A stretch of 64,000 nt of DNA from Trueperaceae bacterium (GTDB lineage: Bacteria; Deinococcota; Deinococci; Deinococcales; Trueperaceae), in the NCBI GenBank assembly GCA_965214405.1, contig OZ243956.1:4160001-4224000 (forward strand), read 5' to 3'. A model generated the notes under the pieces. That model saw only the letters and a list, made by a program, of their open reading frames with translations, did not search any database and was not told the origin of the DNA. This document shows, piece after piece, positions 19,646-30,462 of this stretch. A program made the translations under genes and the position numbers. The stretch's first letter is position 1. Each line of letters starts with the position of its first letter.

Positions 19646-20792
19646 CCAGGTCAATCTGGAGCGGACCCTGCCCCCGCTCAGGTGGTCGGTCGGCGGCTTG
19701 ATTCTACAGGGCTACATCAATACCATCGCCAGTCTGCCGGGCGAAGGCAAAACGGCCTTACTTACGGGTTTGGCTTGGCAAGCGTCACGTACGAAGGGGA
19801 CATTCCTAAACCGCCATGTGGCGCACGGCACGACCCTCTACGTCGACTTCGACGCCCCCGGTGACGGGCGCACCGTGCGCTACTGGCTAGACAAACACAA
19901 GAAAACGTTTGGCGACGGCGATATCGGAAAGATAGTGGTGCTCGAGCCCGACCTTAATACTTTTGGGCTGGCTGAAGGGGAGCTCCAAGAGCTTACTAAC
20001 GTCGCTAAAGAGACAGAGGCAAAGCTCATCCTCATCGACTCGTTCAGCTCAGCTTTCCCCAGCGTCGACCCCATCAAGCTCGTGCAAGTCCAAAGTCCTC
20101 TCTGGTACTTGAGACGCCTAGCGACGGACACTGGAGCGGCCGTGGTCATCATCGATCACCTACCCAAACCCGTCTCGGGTGAGAAAGCGGGTGCCAGAGG
20201 AATTATCGGTTCGGTGGCGAAGTCGGCCCAGGCGAGAGCGGTGCATATCTTGTCTCGAGTCCCGCCCAAAGAAGTCGAGGGTAGAAACGTCCTCAGATGG
20301 GACACCACCAAGATGAGCTACAGCGCCAGGCCGGAACCGATAGGGGTAGAGCTTCGCTTTGAAGATGGCGCGGTTTCCATTGAGGTTGTTGACTTACCCG
20401 AAGGACAAGGGGAAACGCGTACCGAACATGCTATCCGGGCGATGCAGGATTATCTGGAGACCCATCGTGGGACAGTCGTGCCGCATCAGGCTTTATTGGA
20501 TATCGCAGTCGAAGAAGCCAACCTGCGCAGGCGCGCCTCGCTAGACGCCATCAGGCTCCTTAAAGAGCGCTACGGTGACGAGCTTATCACCACCTTCTTA
20601 CCGGGAAGAGGAAAGCCCCAGGGTTACCGGCTGAAGCTCGAGCCAGACACCCCTTCTCTATGTATTGCACCACTGCACCAAATGGGAGATAAAGCGTCTG
20701 GGACGATAAATCATTTGGTACCCACCCCTTCAGGGCATAATGCACCAAATCAAGACCACAAACCTTATGGAGACCCTGAAGAGACAAACTGA
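19632..20792 (+). CDS. AAA_25/RepA-like SF4 helicase
   Basis: Walker A LPGEGKT, LILIDS Walker B, VVIIDH..K, GSVAKSA. Confidence 0.82.
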   Translation: MMPLSQVNLERTLPPLRWSVGGLILQGYINTIASLPGEGKTALLTGLAWQASRTKGTFLNRHVAHGTTLYVDFDAPGDGRTVRYWLDKHKKTFGDGDIGKIVVLEPDLNTFGLAEGELQELTNVAKETEAKLILIDSFSSAFPSVDPIKLVQVQSPLWYLRRLATDTGAAVVIIDHLPKPVSGEKAGARGIIGSVAKSAQARAVHILSRVPPKEVEGRNVLRWDTTKMSYSARPEPIGVELRFEDGAVSIEVVDLPEGQGETRTEHAIRAMQDYLETHRGTVVPHQALLDIAVEEANLRRRASLDAIRLLKERYGDELITTFLPGRGKPQGYRLKLEPDTPSLCIAPLHQMGDKASGTINHLVPTPSGHNAPNQDHKPYGDPEETN

Positions 20793-21562
20793 TGCTCCGT
20801 CCACGCAAAAAGCCCAACCTCCTCAACTACCTTCGCATAGCCGACTTCGCCGCCTCGGCAGGCGTGACCGAGCGGGCGGTTCAGGCGTGGCTGGCGAAGC
20901 CCAAAGTTGACCCAGAAGTGAGAGCGTATGTCGAGGAGAAGTTGGGACGAATAATTCCAGACCCCGCTAAACCCGAGTTTGAACCGTTTCTCAAAGAGCT
21001 CAAGCAGACCCACCCGCAGCTGTTTCAAAGGCTTAAGAGTAACCGCACCAAGTGTTTGAGTTACGGCATCGTCTACAGCGGCAGGGCGTACATCAGTCTG
21101 CAAGGTGCAGAAAGGTATTTGAACGAGCGGAAGCTGCCTCGAGTCTCTCGCCGCCCCAAAGACAGCATCACCGTCGAAGCGGCCATAGCCATCCTTCCCT
21201 ACAGCCGCTGGAAGATTTACAAAGCGGTATTTGCCGGTGAAATCGAGGCGGTTATCCACTCCCAAACGATTTATCTGGATAAGAAAAGTGTCGAGGCGTG
21301 TAGGCTCGAGCAGAAAAGCCTACTTCCCCTACCTGGCTGGATACTGATGCAGGACGCCGCTCAGCAAGTCGGCAGGTCTTACACCTCGCTGAAAGCATGG
21401 CTGACGCTGCACGAACGCCCCATCCGGGTGTTTCTGCACCCGAAGTCGCATCGACCTCGGCGCTATATGCTGCGAGCAGATGTGGAAAAGTATAGGCAAA
21501 CAGCCGCAAAGACCGACAAACACATCCCCAGGAACTTGCGAGATACGGAGTCTGGCGGATAG
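20792..21562 (+). CDS. Multi-HTH DNA-binding protein
   Basis: Several short HTH_17/MerR-like units (IADFAASAGVTERAVQAW; ITVEAAIAIL; MQDAAQQVGRSYTSLKAW). Confidence 0.6.
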   Translation: MLRPRKKPNLLNYLRIADFAASAGVTERAVQAWLAKPKVDPEVRAYVEEKLGRIIPDPAKPEFEPFLKELKQTHPQLFQRLKSNRTKCLSYGIVYSGRAYISLQGAERYLNERKLPRVSRRPKDSITVEAAIAILPYSRWKIYKAVFAGEIEAVIHSQTIYLDKKSVEACRLEQKSLLPLPGWILMQDAAQQVGRSYTSLKAWLTLHERPIRVFLHPKSHRPRRYMLRADVEKYRQTAAKTDKHIPRNLRDTESGG

Positions 21563-21586
21563 GTTGCTGTCATCGAAAGAGGTTCC

Positions 21587-22750
21587 GTGGATCAGACAAA
21601 CGTCGAGGGTAAAACTCCCCGCCCAACCCAAGAGCGCATCGTCGCCATCGACATCCTCCGGGGTTTTGCGCTGTTCGGGGTGCTGGTCGCCAACGCGCTG
21701 GCGTTCAGCTATCCCTTTCAGTTCTACGCGCCACTAAGCTTTCCAGAATTAGATGAGGTTGGACGTTTGACCGAAGGGCTCGTCCGGGTGCTGGTGGTCG
21801 GCTCGTTCTATCCGCTGTTCTCCTTATTATTCGGGCTTGGCTTTGCGCTCTATTTGCGTAAGGGGGATGAGGTCCTGCCGCTGTTTAGAAGGCGCCTTGT
21901 TATCTTGCTCCTGATCGGGCTTATCCACGCCGTCTTCATCTGGTCGGGTGACATCTTGGTGACCTATGCCCTGATCGGCCTCTTGCTCATCCCATTTACG
22001 AGACAATCCGACAAAGCGCTGCTCGTTTGGATGACCGTGCTAACAGCCTGGACCTTTGCCACCGAATGGCTTCTAGGGAGTTCAGAAGACGGCTTTGCGC
22101 TTTCGTATATCGAACAAGCTACGCGCGCTTATGGGACGGGGAGCTACCTCGAGGCCATACGGCAACGACTTGCCGATACCGGCTTGACCCTTTTGAACTT
22201 ACCTGTTGCCGGGCCGCAAATCCTGGCGTTCTTCTTGGGGGGCTTACTTTTGGGAAGACAGACATATCTAGAGGACACAGTAAAGCACCGTTTCTTCTGG
22301 CAGCGGGCGTGTCTCGTGAGTTTTCTGATCGGCGTGCCCATTGTCGGGTTACACGCCTTTCTCGTGTTGCATTCGGCTCCCGTCTCGAGCTTTCTTTCTG
22401 CTTTGGACCTCACGCTCGGAAGTCCGGCGTTGGGATTCGGGTATCTGGCGGGCCTCGCTCTATGTCTTACCCCGAGCGTGCAACGTCGTCTCAGGTCGCT
22501 CGCCGCGGTGGGGCGCATGGCGCTCACGAACTACCTCATGCAGTCGGTTATCTTTACGCTCATCTTTTACGGCTATGGCGGCGGTTTGTACGGTGAGGTG
22601 ACCCCGATATGGAGTGTCATGCTCGCTTCCGTTGTCTTTCCGCTGCAGATGGTGCTCAGTCATTGGTGGCTAAGGCGCTTCAGGTATGGACCTGTTGAGT
22701 GGGGGTGGCGCTGTTTGACGTACGGAAGGTGGTTTAAGCTTAGGAAGTAA
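21587..22750 (+). CDS. DUF418 (YeiB-like) membrane protein
   Basis: ERIVAIDILRGFALFGVL, FSLLFGLG, WSGDIL, GRMALTNYLMQS, GPVEWGWR. Confidence 0.88.
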   Translation: MDQTNVEGKTPRPTQERIVAIDILRGFALFGVLVANALAFSYPFQFYAPLSFPELDEVGRLTEGLVRVLVVGSFYPLFSLLFGLGFALYLRKGDEVLPLFRRRLVILLLIGLIHAVFIWSGDILVTYALIGLLLIPFTRQSDKALLVWMTVLTAWTFATEWLLGSSEDGFALSYIEQATRAYGTGSYLEAIRQRLADTGLTLLNLPVAGPQILAFFLGGLLLGRQTYLEDTVKHRFFWQRACLVSFLIGVPIVGLHAFLVLHSAPVSSFLSALDLTLGSPALGFGYLAGLALCLTPSVQRRLRSLAAVGRMALTNYLMQSVIFTLIFYGYGGGLYGEVTPIWSVMLASVVFPLQMVLSHWWLRRFRYGPVEWGWRCLTYGRWFKLRK

Positions 22751-22839
22751 GGGATGCTTATGCGCGTGGTGGCCCGACAGCCGCACAGTCTGTAGCACCC
22801 GCTGAAACCCTACTCGGCTGACTGGTGGGCCACAGGTAA

Positions 22840-24030
22840 TGCCCCAAAAATCCTACGATGGTACGAGTCGAACTTTATCAGTTTTAGCCAACACCGACCA
22901 AGGCGTAGCGTAAGCGAGGGCGCTATGGCGGCGCTCGCGGTTGTACCAGGCTTTGAAGTGCTCGGCTAACGTCTGGACATCGAGGAGCGTGGTGTACTCA
23001 TGCCGGAAGAGCCACTGGTGCTTGAAGGTGCGGTTCAGGCGCTCTAGGATGCCCATTCCGCCTTTCTGGTTGACCTTGCTGCGTACCCAGCAGCCGACGT
23101 CCTGGCAAAAGTTTTGGAACAGCTCCGAGGTGAAGTCGCTTCCCGCGTCGCTCTGGATGACGAGGGGTTCGTTAATACCGAGTTGTTTCAGGACCTCTGC
23201 GCCTTTGCGGAGCACGTCGCGCGCCGCTTTTTTGGATAGGCTCCGCACTGCCTTGAGCGCTAAGCAGGCGCGGCTTGTCACGTCTTGTACGAGATAGACC
23301 CACACCTTGCTGCCTCTGATAGCGACCCGGGTGGCGTCTATTTGGACGCGGCGACCAGGCGGATAGTCAGGAACCGCTGTGACCTCGGGGGATGGGTTAC
23401 GACGCTTTCTCGCGGCTGGCGGGTTCAGGCCGAGTTCACCCAGAATGCACCGTACCTTCTCGCGCCCGACCTTCACGCCGCGCGCCTTGAGTTCTTGATA
23501 AAGAGGCCGGTGGCCGTAGGTAGGGTGTTCCAGCGCCACCTCTTTGACAGTTTGACGCAGCGCCTGCTCACGCTGTTGGCGCTTCTGCCTTTGCTGCTCG
23601 GTGCGGATGAAGTCTCTAAGGCGGTAGTAAGCCACCCCCACTGTCTCGGCAAAACGCCGCAAGGACAGCTCAGGGTAGTGACGATAAAGGTCGGCTAACT
23701 TTGCCACGCTTAGAGACCTCGCGCTTTTTTTGCCACGTCAAGCTCGACCACCTTCTCACCCAAGAGTGTCTTGAGACGTTCCACCTCTTTCTCAAGTTGC
23801 ACCTCCTTAGCGGTCGCTGTCCGTTGGTCCTCGAAGCTCTGTTTGCCCGCCTCCAAGAACTGGCGCTTCCATTTATAAACTAAGGTCTCGTGAACGCCGT
23901 GCTGACGCGCGATCTCGGCGGCGACTACCTCACCGTGTAGTACCGCCATGACCACTTCGGCTTTGAACTCCGCTGTCCACTTCTTCTGCTGTTTGCCCAT
24001 GTCCTATCCTCCCTGATTCTGATCCGCTCA
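22840..24030 (-). mobile_element. IS3-family element (orfA 23710-24000, orfB 22853-23707); ends approximate
   Basis: OrfA KWTAEFKAEVV HTH; OrfB DDE (QIDAT, QSDAGSDF, ERLNRTFK, YN.ERRHSAL); A7 slippery tract at the junction. Confidence 0.85.
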
Positions 24031-24032
24031 TG

Positions 24033-24500
24033 TTAAGCGGCTCCGGTGGAAGGATTTCCTGGGGCATTACCCACATCCAACTCTTTCAGCCAGCTTTGCA
24101 CCTTGGCCTCGATTTGGTCGCGTATCTGCCTGAAAAATGCAGTTTTGTTCTCTTCACTCCCTTCGAACGCGGCGGGGTCGTCGAACGGCCAGTGCAGCCG
24201 GTGCAGTTCGCCTAGGAACGAGGTGGGGCAGTGCTCCTCAGCCTTACTGCATACCGTGATGACGTAAGTGAAGTGCTCCTTGCCCAGATATTCCCTAACG
24301 CTCTTGGCGCTGTGAGCCGACATGTCATAACCCGCCTCTTCCATCACCTTGAGCGTGTAAGGGTTAATCACGCTGGGGTCGAGTCCGGCGCTATGCACCT
24401 CGAACCTATCTCCGGCGTGCTTGCGCAACAAGGCTTCGGCCATCTGGCTGCGGGCCGAATTGCCCGTACAGATAAAAAGCACTTTTCGTTGTCTGTCCAC
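24033..24500 (-). CDS. arsC: Thioredoxin-type arsenate reductase
   Basis: [19 protein letters not shown]...[10 protein letters not shown]. Confidence 0.9.
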   Translation of the reverse strand: MDRQRKVLFICTGNSARSQMAEALLRKHAGDRFEVHSAGLDPSVINPYTLKVMEEAGYDMSAHSAKSVREYLGKEHFTYVITVCSKAEEHCPTSFLGELHRLHWPFDDPAAFEGSEENKTAFFRQIRDQIEAKVQSWLKELDVGNAPGNPSTGAA

Positions 24501-24614
24501 CGTCTAATACGCTTTCCGGATGAATGGCTTGCAAAAGCCATTCATCCCGAGTGGAGCGAGAAGAAACAAACGCATTCCGTGTGCAAAGCGTTCATCCGGA
24601 ATCGGTATAACTCC

Positions 24615-25304
24615 TCAATCTCCCGCCCGTTGCAGCGCGGGGCTGCTGCCTTCTTGTACGTCGTGCGTAGGCTGCCACAAATAGGCCGCCGCGAGCGCCG
24701 CGACAGATGCGCCGACGATGGGCGCGAGCCAGTAGAGCCAGTGCTGCGACCACTCGCCCGAGAACAAGGCCGGGGCGAAGCTGCGGGCCGGGTTCATCGA
24801 AGCACCCGTGAGTGCGCCACCCGCTATCGCGCCGAGCGTGACCGTGAAACCGATATAAACGCCTGCCAAAGCCTGCTTCTGGATGACACAGGTAGCAATG
24901 ACAAACATCAGAAAGAAGGTCAGGATGACCTCTATTGCCACGCCTTGAATGAGAGACACGCCGGGCGCGAGTAGGGTTGCGCCGTAGGCTACGGGCTCGA
25001 GCCTCCCCGCACCGTAAAAGGCTTGCAGAGCGAGCATGGCGGTGGTCGCACCCGCCAGCTCCGCACTCCAGTACAGCAGCAGTTCTCTAAAGGTAATGCG
25101 CCGCAGCACGAAAAAACCTACCGTCACGGCGGGATTGAAGTGGGCAAAAGAAATCGCACCCACGGCGGCAATCATCACAGCAACCGTCAGGCCAAAAGCA
25201 AAGGCCACCGCGAGACCGCCCGCCCCGGATGCGATGGCACCGACGCCGACGAACAGCAGGGCAAAGGCGCCGATGAACTCCGCCAGCCAGATGCGAGGGG
25301 TCAT
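24615..25304 (-). CDS. MIP-family aquaporin (probable arsenite channel)
   Basis: Two NPA motifs (HFNPAVT, SMNPARS); lies within the ars operon. Confidence 0.88.
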   Translation of the reverse strand: MTPRIWLAEFIGAFALLFVGVGAIASGAGGLAVAFAFGLTVAVMIAAVGAISFAHFNPAVTVGFFVLRRITFRELLLYWSAELAGATTAMLALQAFYGAGRLEPVAYGATLLAPGVSLIQGVAIEVILTFFLMFVIATCVIQKQALAGVYIGFTVTLGAIAGGALTGASMNPARSFAPALFSGEWSQHWLYWLAPIVGASVAALAAAYLWQPTHDVQEGSSPALQRAGD

Positions 25305-25753
25305 ACACCTACCTGTGCCGTGAGCGCTTCCTCGGTCAGAGTGTCACCTGCTGTCAGGGTTTTGATCAAGCGTTGGCAGGTCACGCCTACCGCGTCGCGC
25401 ACCTCACGCCATGCCTCGAGCGGCTGGCCGGTCGGGTCGGGGAACGACACGTGCAGGCGGGTTGTTTGGGTCGGGTAAGCGGGGCAGGCTTCGTTGGCGC
25501 TGTCGCACACCGTCAGTACCACGTCGAAGTTCCACAGGTCGGGCAGCTCGTCCAGTATTTTTGAGCTGTGGCCGGAGAGGTCGATGCCGACTTCTTGCAT
25601 CACCGTCACCGCTTCGGGCTTGACGAACGCCTTTTCGGTGCCCGCTGAGAACATCTCAGCTTCTAAGCCAACGAGATTGGCGTAGTGCTTTAGCCAACCT
25701 TCCGCCATCTGGCTGCGCGCCGAGTTGTGGGTGCAGAGAACGAGCAACCTCAC
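25301..25753 (-). CDS. arsC: Second arsenate reductase
   Basis: [19 protein letters not shown]...ACP, FPDP; GTG start overlaps the upstream TGA. Confidence 0.88.
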   Translation of the reverse strand: MRLLVLCTHNSARSQMAEGWLKHYANLVGLEAEMFSAGTEKAFVKPEAVTVMQEVGIDLSGHSSKILDELPDLWNFDVVLTVCDSANEACPAYPTQTTRLHVSFPDPTGQPLEAWREVRDAVGVTCQRLIKTLTAGDTLTEEALTAQVGV

Positions 25754-26184
25754 AGAAGCTCTTTCCAAAAAGCCTGCGCCGAAGCCGGGCACGCCCCACG
25801 CAGCTCAGCCGAAGCACTCAACTCAGCGGGTAGCTCGGTGCGCTCTATAGGTGTGAAGCCGCATCTGGTCAGCAGCTCGGGAATGGTGGTGGTGAGGCCG
25901 AAGACGGCGCGAAGGCCGCGACGACGCGCCTCCCCCTCTGCAAACCTGAGCAAGATGCGCCCGTAACCCTGGCTCCGCACCTCCTCGTTTACGGTTAACG
26001 AGCGCATTAAGGCGTAGGAACCGTGTGTTTCGATACCCACGAGGCCGACGGGTTCATCTGCCTTTTCCAACACGAATAGGTCGGTGTCCTCGAGGCCGTC
26101 TACAGGTAGCTCGGACCGCTCGAGCATCGCTGCCAGCTTAGCCGCCTCTTCAGGCAGCGCAGGCCGGACTGCCGCGGCATTCAC
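25750..26184 (-). CDS. ArsN2-like GNAT acetyltransferase
   Basis: ALMRSLTV...RSQGYG...LTTT...CPASA; ars context. Confidence 0.8.
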   Translation of the reverse strand: MNAAAVRPALPEEAAKLAAMLERSELPVDGLEDTDLFVLEKADEPVGLVGIETHGSYALMRSLTVNEEVRSQGYGRILLRFAEGEARRRGLRAVFGLTTTIPELLTRCGFTPIERTELPAELSASAELRGACPASAQAFWKELL

Positions 26185-26501
26185 GCCCCTACCACCTGAG
26201 TCCGTTCAGCTGCTTTCTTCAATTCAGCGAGTGCAGTGACGACCTCGGTGAACGCTTCCGGGGCCAGCTCGTAGTACACCCAGCGCCCACGCTTCTCGGC
26301 GGTGATGAACCCGGCTTCGACGAGCTGCTTCATGTGGTGACTCACAGTGGGCTGGGTAAGGCCGAGGAACGCTTCGAGGTCGCAACCGCAGATGCCATCG
26401 TCGCGGCTGCAGCAGCTCTGGACGGGTTCTCTCAGGAACTCCAGAATCGCGAGACGGGTGGGGTCGGCCAGGATTTTGAGCTTATCGGATAAATCGGTCA
26501 T
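26181..26501 (-). CDS. arsR: ArsR-family repressor
   Basis: LADPTRLAIL, CC...ICGCDL, TQPTVSHHMK.L, KRGRWVYY. Confidence 0.9.
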   Translation of the reverse strand: MTDLSDKLKILADPTRLAILEFLREPVQSCCSRDDGICGCDLEAFLGLTQPTVSHHMKQLVEAGFITAEKRGRWVYYELAPEAFTEVVTALAELKKAAERTQVVGA

Positions 26502-26516
26502 AGACCCTAGTCTATC

Positions 26517-26615
26517 AATAGGTCGTCATCTATGTGTCATGGCTTGGGACATATTGACAAACATCTATGCGCAGCGTATAGTCAAACTAGAAGGAAGCAT
26601 AGATGAGCGTCTATG
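26517..26615. promoter_or_regulatory. Divergent promoter region with three ArsR-type operator boxes
   Basis: Palindrome CATAGATGAGCGTCTATG at 26598-26615; related ...CATCTATG half-sites at 26527 and 26562; TTGACA...TATAGT. Confidence 0.6.
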
Positions 26616-26628
26616 CAAAGGAGACGAT

Positions 26629-26820
26629 ATGGATACCCAGATTTATCACTTCGCCAGTAAGCTCGCCCAAGCGCGTGTGCAAGAACTCCGGCACGAAGCC
26701 TATGTTGCCAGGCTTCAGCGTCGGCACCTTGCCAGCGAGTCGGGCGCGTTCTTGACTAGGCTCGCAGCAGTTAAGTTCACAGCAGCGCCTCGGTCAACAG
26801 CCGAGTGCTGCCCCGCTTAG
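26629..26820 (+). CDS. Small protein ending in a vicinal CC
   Basis: AAGGAG RBS; 63 aa ending ECCPA. Confidence 0.55.
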   Translation: MDTQIYHFASKLAQARVQELRHEAYVARLQRRHLASESGAFLTRLAAVKFTAAPRSTAECCPA

Positions 26821-26829
26821 GAGACGAAC

Positions 26830-27299
26830 ATGGACACCCAAACTTTTCTGGATGAGCTGCAAAACTACGACAAGGGCAGGGCGCTGGTGTTCAACCTCGG
26901 GACACGTATCGTGGCTCCCGGCTATCACATCACGGAGGTCAAGGCGGTTACGGTGCAGTCTATGGACTGTGGCGGTAGGGCGAACGCTTGGAACGAGACT
27001 GTTGTACAACTCTGGTCGCCTGGTGCGCGGCCCGACGAGGGTTATATGACGGTCGGCAAATTTCTCGGCATCTACGGCAGCGTTGCCTCCAGTATGCCCA
27101 TCGATGGTGAGGCCGTGCTGCGCTTCGAGTACGGAGATGTGGGTGAACCGGCTATCTGGTCGGTGGTGTAGATGCGGAAGGCGATGCCGTGAGGGTGAGC
27201 CTGAGCGTGCCGGGGGTCGCGTGCAAACCGCGGTACGAGCAGGCTGGGAACGCCCCCGTAGTTATGGCCTCGGCAAGGGGCGGGGCGTGTTGTTTGTGA
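26830..27299 (+). pseudogene. DUF6428-like arsenic-associated protein, frameshifted near 27153
   Basis: YHITEVK..MDCGG..W.ETVVQLW; continues in another frame as YLVGGVDAEGDAVRVSLSVPGVACKP...GACCL*. Confidence 0.7.
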
Positions 27300-27479
27300 G
27301 GGGAACGGCCGACTACCAGGTGGTTGCGGTTTTTCTGCCGTATTGACCAGCTTCTGTAGACTCAAGGCGCGGGGGCGTTCTGCCAGGCGAGAAACCGCGC
27401 CTGGCAGAACATAACGGAACAACCGGGCAGCTAATCCGTAGCGTTCTGCGGCGAACGCGCGCGTCTGCGCATAAGGGTT

Positions 27480-28328
27480 TTAGTCCAGCCGCCTAACCGC
27501 AGGTACCGACAGACCTACAAGCGTTAGCAGCGTTGTCACCCCGCCATAAACGAGCGCCACCTGTCCCAGCGGGACTACCTCGGCGAGGTAGCCTGTGAGC
27601 AGGAAGCCGAGCGGCAGAAGCGCGAACGAGCCCAGCATGTCGATGCTAACCACCCTTCCCAAGACATCGTCCGGCACCAGCTCTTGCATCACCGTCTCCC
27701 AGATTATTCCGAACACCGCCATGCTCGCGCCCGCCAGAGCCGTGGCAAGCACGCCCCAAACGACCGTCGGCGCGACAGCGAGCCCCATGAGGGCAAGTCC
27801 CGACATTACGACCCCGAGGTAGGCGGCCAAGCCGCGCCGCCGCAGCCTACCGAGCTGATTAAGCACGAGTGAGCTGACCAGCGCGCCCCCGGCTACCCCC
27901 GCCAGGAGCCAGCCCAGTGAGGACGCCCCCGCGAAACGCGCCTCCGCCAGGAGCGGCAGCAGCACGACCGTCACGCCGCTCACGCAGATGTTGACGACCG
28001 AGAAGATCAGGATAGTCACCCAGAGCCAGGTGGAGCTTAAGACATAGCGGAAGCCTTCGCGCAAGTCGTGAAGATAACCGCTTTCTCCTTTTACCTGCGC
28101 CTTAACCATCGGACGAGGACGCACCGCTAGCAGACAGAGCGCCCCGACGACGAAGGTGCCCGCGTCGAAGCCGAGCGCCAAGGTCAAGCTACCGACGCTT
28201 ATCAGCAGGCCGCCGAGCGGCGGACCTAAGATGTCCGCGAGTTCCCCGGCGAAGGCGCGCGCCGCGTTCGCTTGTGTCAAGCTCGCGTGCGCCACGAGCT
28301 GCGGCACGAGGCTCGTGGTGGCGGACAA
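27480..28328 (-). pseudogene. 5'-truncated MFS (DHA3-like) transporter
   Basis: Only the C-terminal ~two thirds of an MFS is present (GPPLGG, LREGFRYV, QELVPDDVLGRV). Confidence 0.65.
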
Positions 28329-28458
28329 GAAGAAGGCGCTGGCAAGTCCGAACGCTGCTGGCTCTTTTCATAGAGGCTTGAGCAACTCGCGGTGAAAGTC
28401 GCACGAAATTGTCCTCAGGCGGCGTGATACTGGAGACGGTGCCCTGCTACCCGGAACT

Positions 28459-29676
28459 TTATGCGGCGTAGGAGGCAAGCACCTCTAAGACATCGTCGAC
28501 ATCTTGTTCTGTTAAATTTGCGTTTAGTTGAAACCGGATACTTTCATCGCCCACCGGCACAACTGGAAAGACAATGCCGGTTGCCAAAACACCTTTGTCA
28601 AACAAGTAGTTTACGATATCAGATGTTCTAGCTGTGTCACGCACCATAAGTGGGGTCACGGGGTGTTCACCACTCAACGTCTCTAAGCCCAAATCGTCCA
28701 AGCCTTTTTCAAATTGTTTGGCTCGTCTATAAAGATTACTGAGTCGCGCCTGACCTTCAGGGGTTTGCACAAGCTCGAGCGCTTTAGTAGCGGCAGCCGC
28801 CTCGGCTGCACCAATCGGGTTTGAGTAAATGTACATAGGACTCATCTCCCGCAAGAATTGTGTCAGGATACCTGTTCCTACAACGTAGCCTCCATTAACC
28901 CCAAATGCTTTACCGAGCGTTCCGATGAGGATATCTGCTTTACAGTCGGTAGCTTCTTCTGTACCGCGCCCGGTAGCACCAAAGGCGCCGACGCCGTGGG
29001 AATCATCGACAATAAGCACTGCACCTTCGAGGAAGCGTTCCGAATAGTTGTTTAAGCATTCCCTAAGTTGTTTTAGGGGCGCGTGGGTGCCGCGCATACT
29101 AAAAATACCGTCCGTTATCAGGACTAAGCGGTTACACGCCTCCGGGATAGCTGCTAGTTTCTCTCGCACATCTTCGAGGTCGAGATGCTTATAAACAGCC
29201 CTGTATTTGGGTCGGGAAAGTTTGATGCCGTTAATAATGCAGTTGTGGTTGAGTTCATCACTCAAAATGGCTGTGTCAGGTGTGATGAGCGAGCTTATGG
29301 TACTCACCACGGCGGCGTAGGCAGAGTTGAAAATAATACAATCTTCACGACTGTGAAACTTGGCGAGGACCTGCTCGAGCCTGGTATGCACAGCTTGTGT
29401 ACCGCTAATAAAGCGCACAGCACCCGGACCAACGCCGTAGGTCCGACAGGCTTCTTCCGCCGCCACCATAAGGGCAGGGTGAGTTGCCAAACCTAAATAA
29501 TCATTGCTGTTCATTTTTATAAAGGTCTGCTCACTACCCTCGAGTAAATAGCGGTGCCCCCGCTTCCCCTCAGGGGGAAGGAAAGCTCGAATAGGACGCT
29601 CTGGACCTTTGTCACGTCCTTCAAGGGCTAAACGTTCGAGCTGATTTTGTAAGGCATGGTCTAAGGCAGGATTCAT
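28459..29676 (-). CDS. kbl: 2-amino-3-ketobutyrate CoA ligase (glycine C-acetyltransferase)
   Basis: NSNDYLGL, GPGAVRFISGT, SDELNHNCII, TDGIFSMRG, VDDSHGVG, GTLGKAFG. Confidence 0.85.
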   Translation of the reverse strand: MNPALDHALQNQLERLALEGRDKGPERPIRAFLPPEGKRGHRYLLEGSEQTFIKMNSNDYLGLATHPALMVAAEEACRTYGVGPGAVRFISGTQAVHTRLEQVLAKFHSREDCIIFNSAYAAVVSTISSLITPDTAILSDELNHNCIINGIKLSRPKYRAVYKHLDLEDVREKLAAIPEACNRLVLITDGIFSMRGTHAPLKQLRECLNNYSERFLEGAVLIVDDSHGVGAFGATGRGTEEATDCKADILIGTLGKAFGVNGGYVVGTGILTQFLREMSPMYIYSNPIGAAEAAAATKALELVQTPEGQARLSNLYRRAKQFEKGLDDLGLETLSGEHPVTPLMVRDTARTSDIVNYLFDKGVLATGIVFPVVPVGDESIRFQLNANLTEQDVDDVLEVLASYAA

Positions 29677-29684
29677 CGAGTCTC

Positions 29685-30462
29685 CTAAAGGGCAGAGCTT
29701 TTTTGCTGGGCGAACTGTTCGAGCGCGTGCTCTGTCATCCTATTTAAATCGAATTCAGGTTGCCAGCCCCAATCACGCCTGGCCTCACTGTCATCGAGGG
29801 AATCAGGCCAGCCGTCGGCAATAGCTTGAAGCTGCGGGTTGGGGTCGCACTGCAATTCAAAGTCGGGATAACATCTTTTTACAGCCTGTGCCAAACTGCT
29901 GGGGCTAAGTGAAAATGCGGTAATGTTATAAGCGTTGCGATGGTTCAAGGCTTGCTGATCGGCGTGCATGAGTTCCAACGTCGCTCTAATAGCGTCGGGC
30001 ATGTACATCATATCTAACAGCGTCTCGGCTTTGAGCGGCGCAGTATAATGACCGCTTGCGGCAACGCGCAAAAGCTCGACGGCGTAGTCCGTGGTACCCC
30101 CACCAGGCGGCGCGGTGACCGAGATGAGACCTGGGTACCGTAACCCTCTTATATCCAGGTCGTAGCGCGCAGCATAGTAATCACACAACAGCTCGCCTGT
30201 GATTTTGGTGATTCCGTAAAGGGTATGAGGTCTTTGAACAGTGACCTGGGGCGTTTTATGGTGAGGGGTGTCGGGTCCGAAAGCGGCAATCGAACTCGGC
30301 ACGAAAAGCTGGCAGCCCGTAACCCTGATCACCTCTAAAACATTTTGCAAGCCCGTTATGTTCAAATTCCAAGCCGCTCGAGGGTTGGCTTCGGTCGTAA
30401 CTGAAAGCAACGCTGCCAAATGATAGATGACGCGAATGTTGTACTTGCTGACCAGTTCAAAC
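29685..30462 (-). pseudogene. SDR-type L-threonine 3-dehydrogenase, N-terminus removed by IS3
   Basis: IYHLAALLS, PSSIAAFGP, YGITK, RYPGLIS..PGGGTTDYAV; the Rossmann GxxGxxG is missing where the IS begins. Confidence 0.8.

Noticed and set aside
22835..24035. Precise IRs and target duplication for the first IS3
   Set aside because: The ends match only weakly, so the boundaries are reported as approximate.
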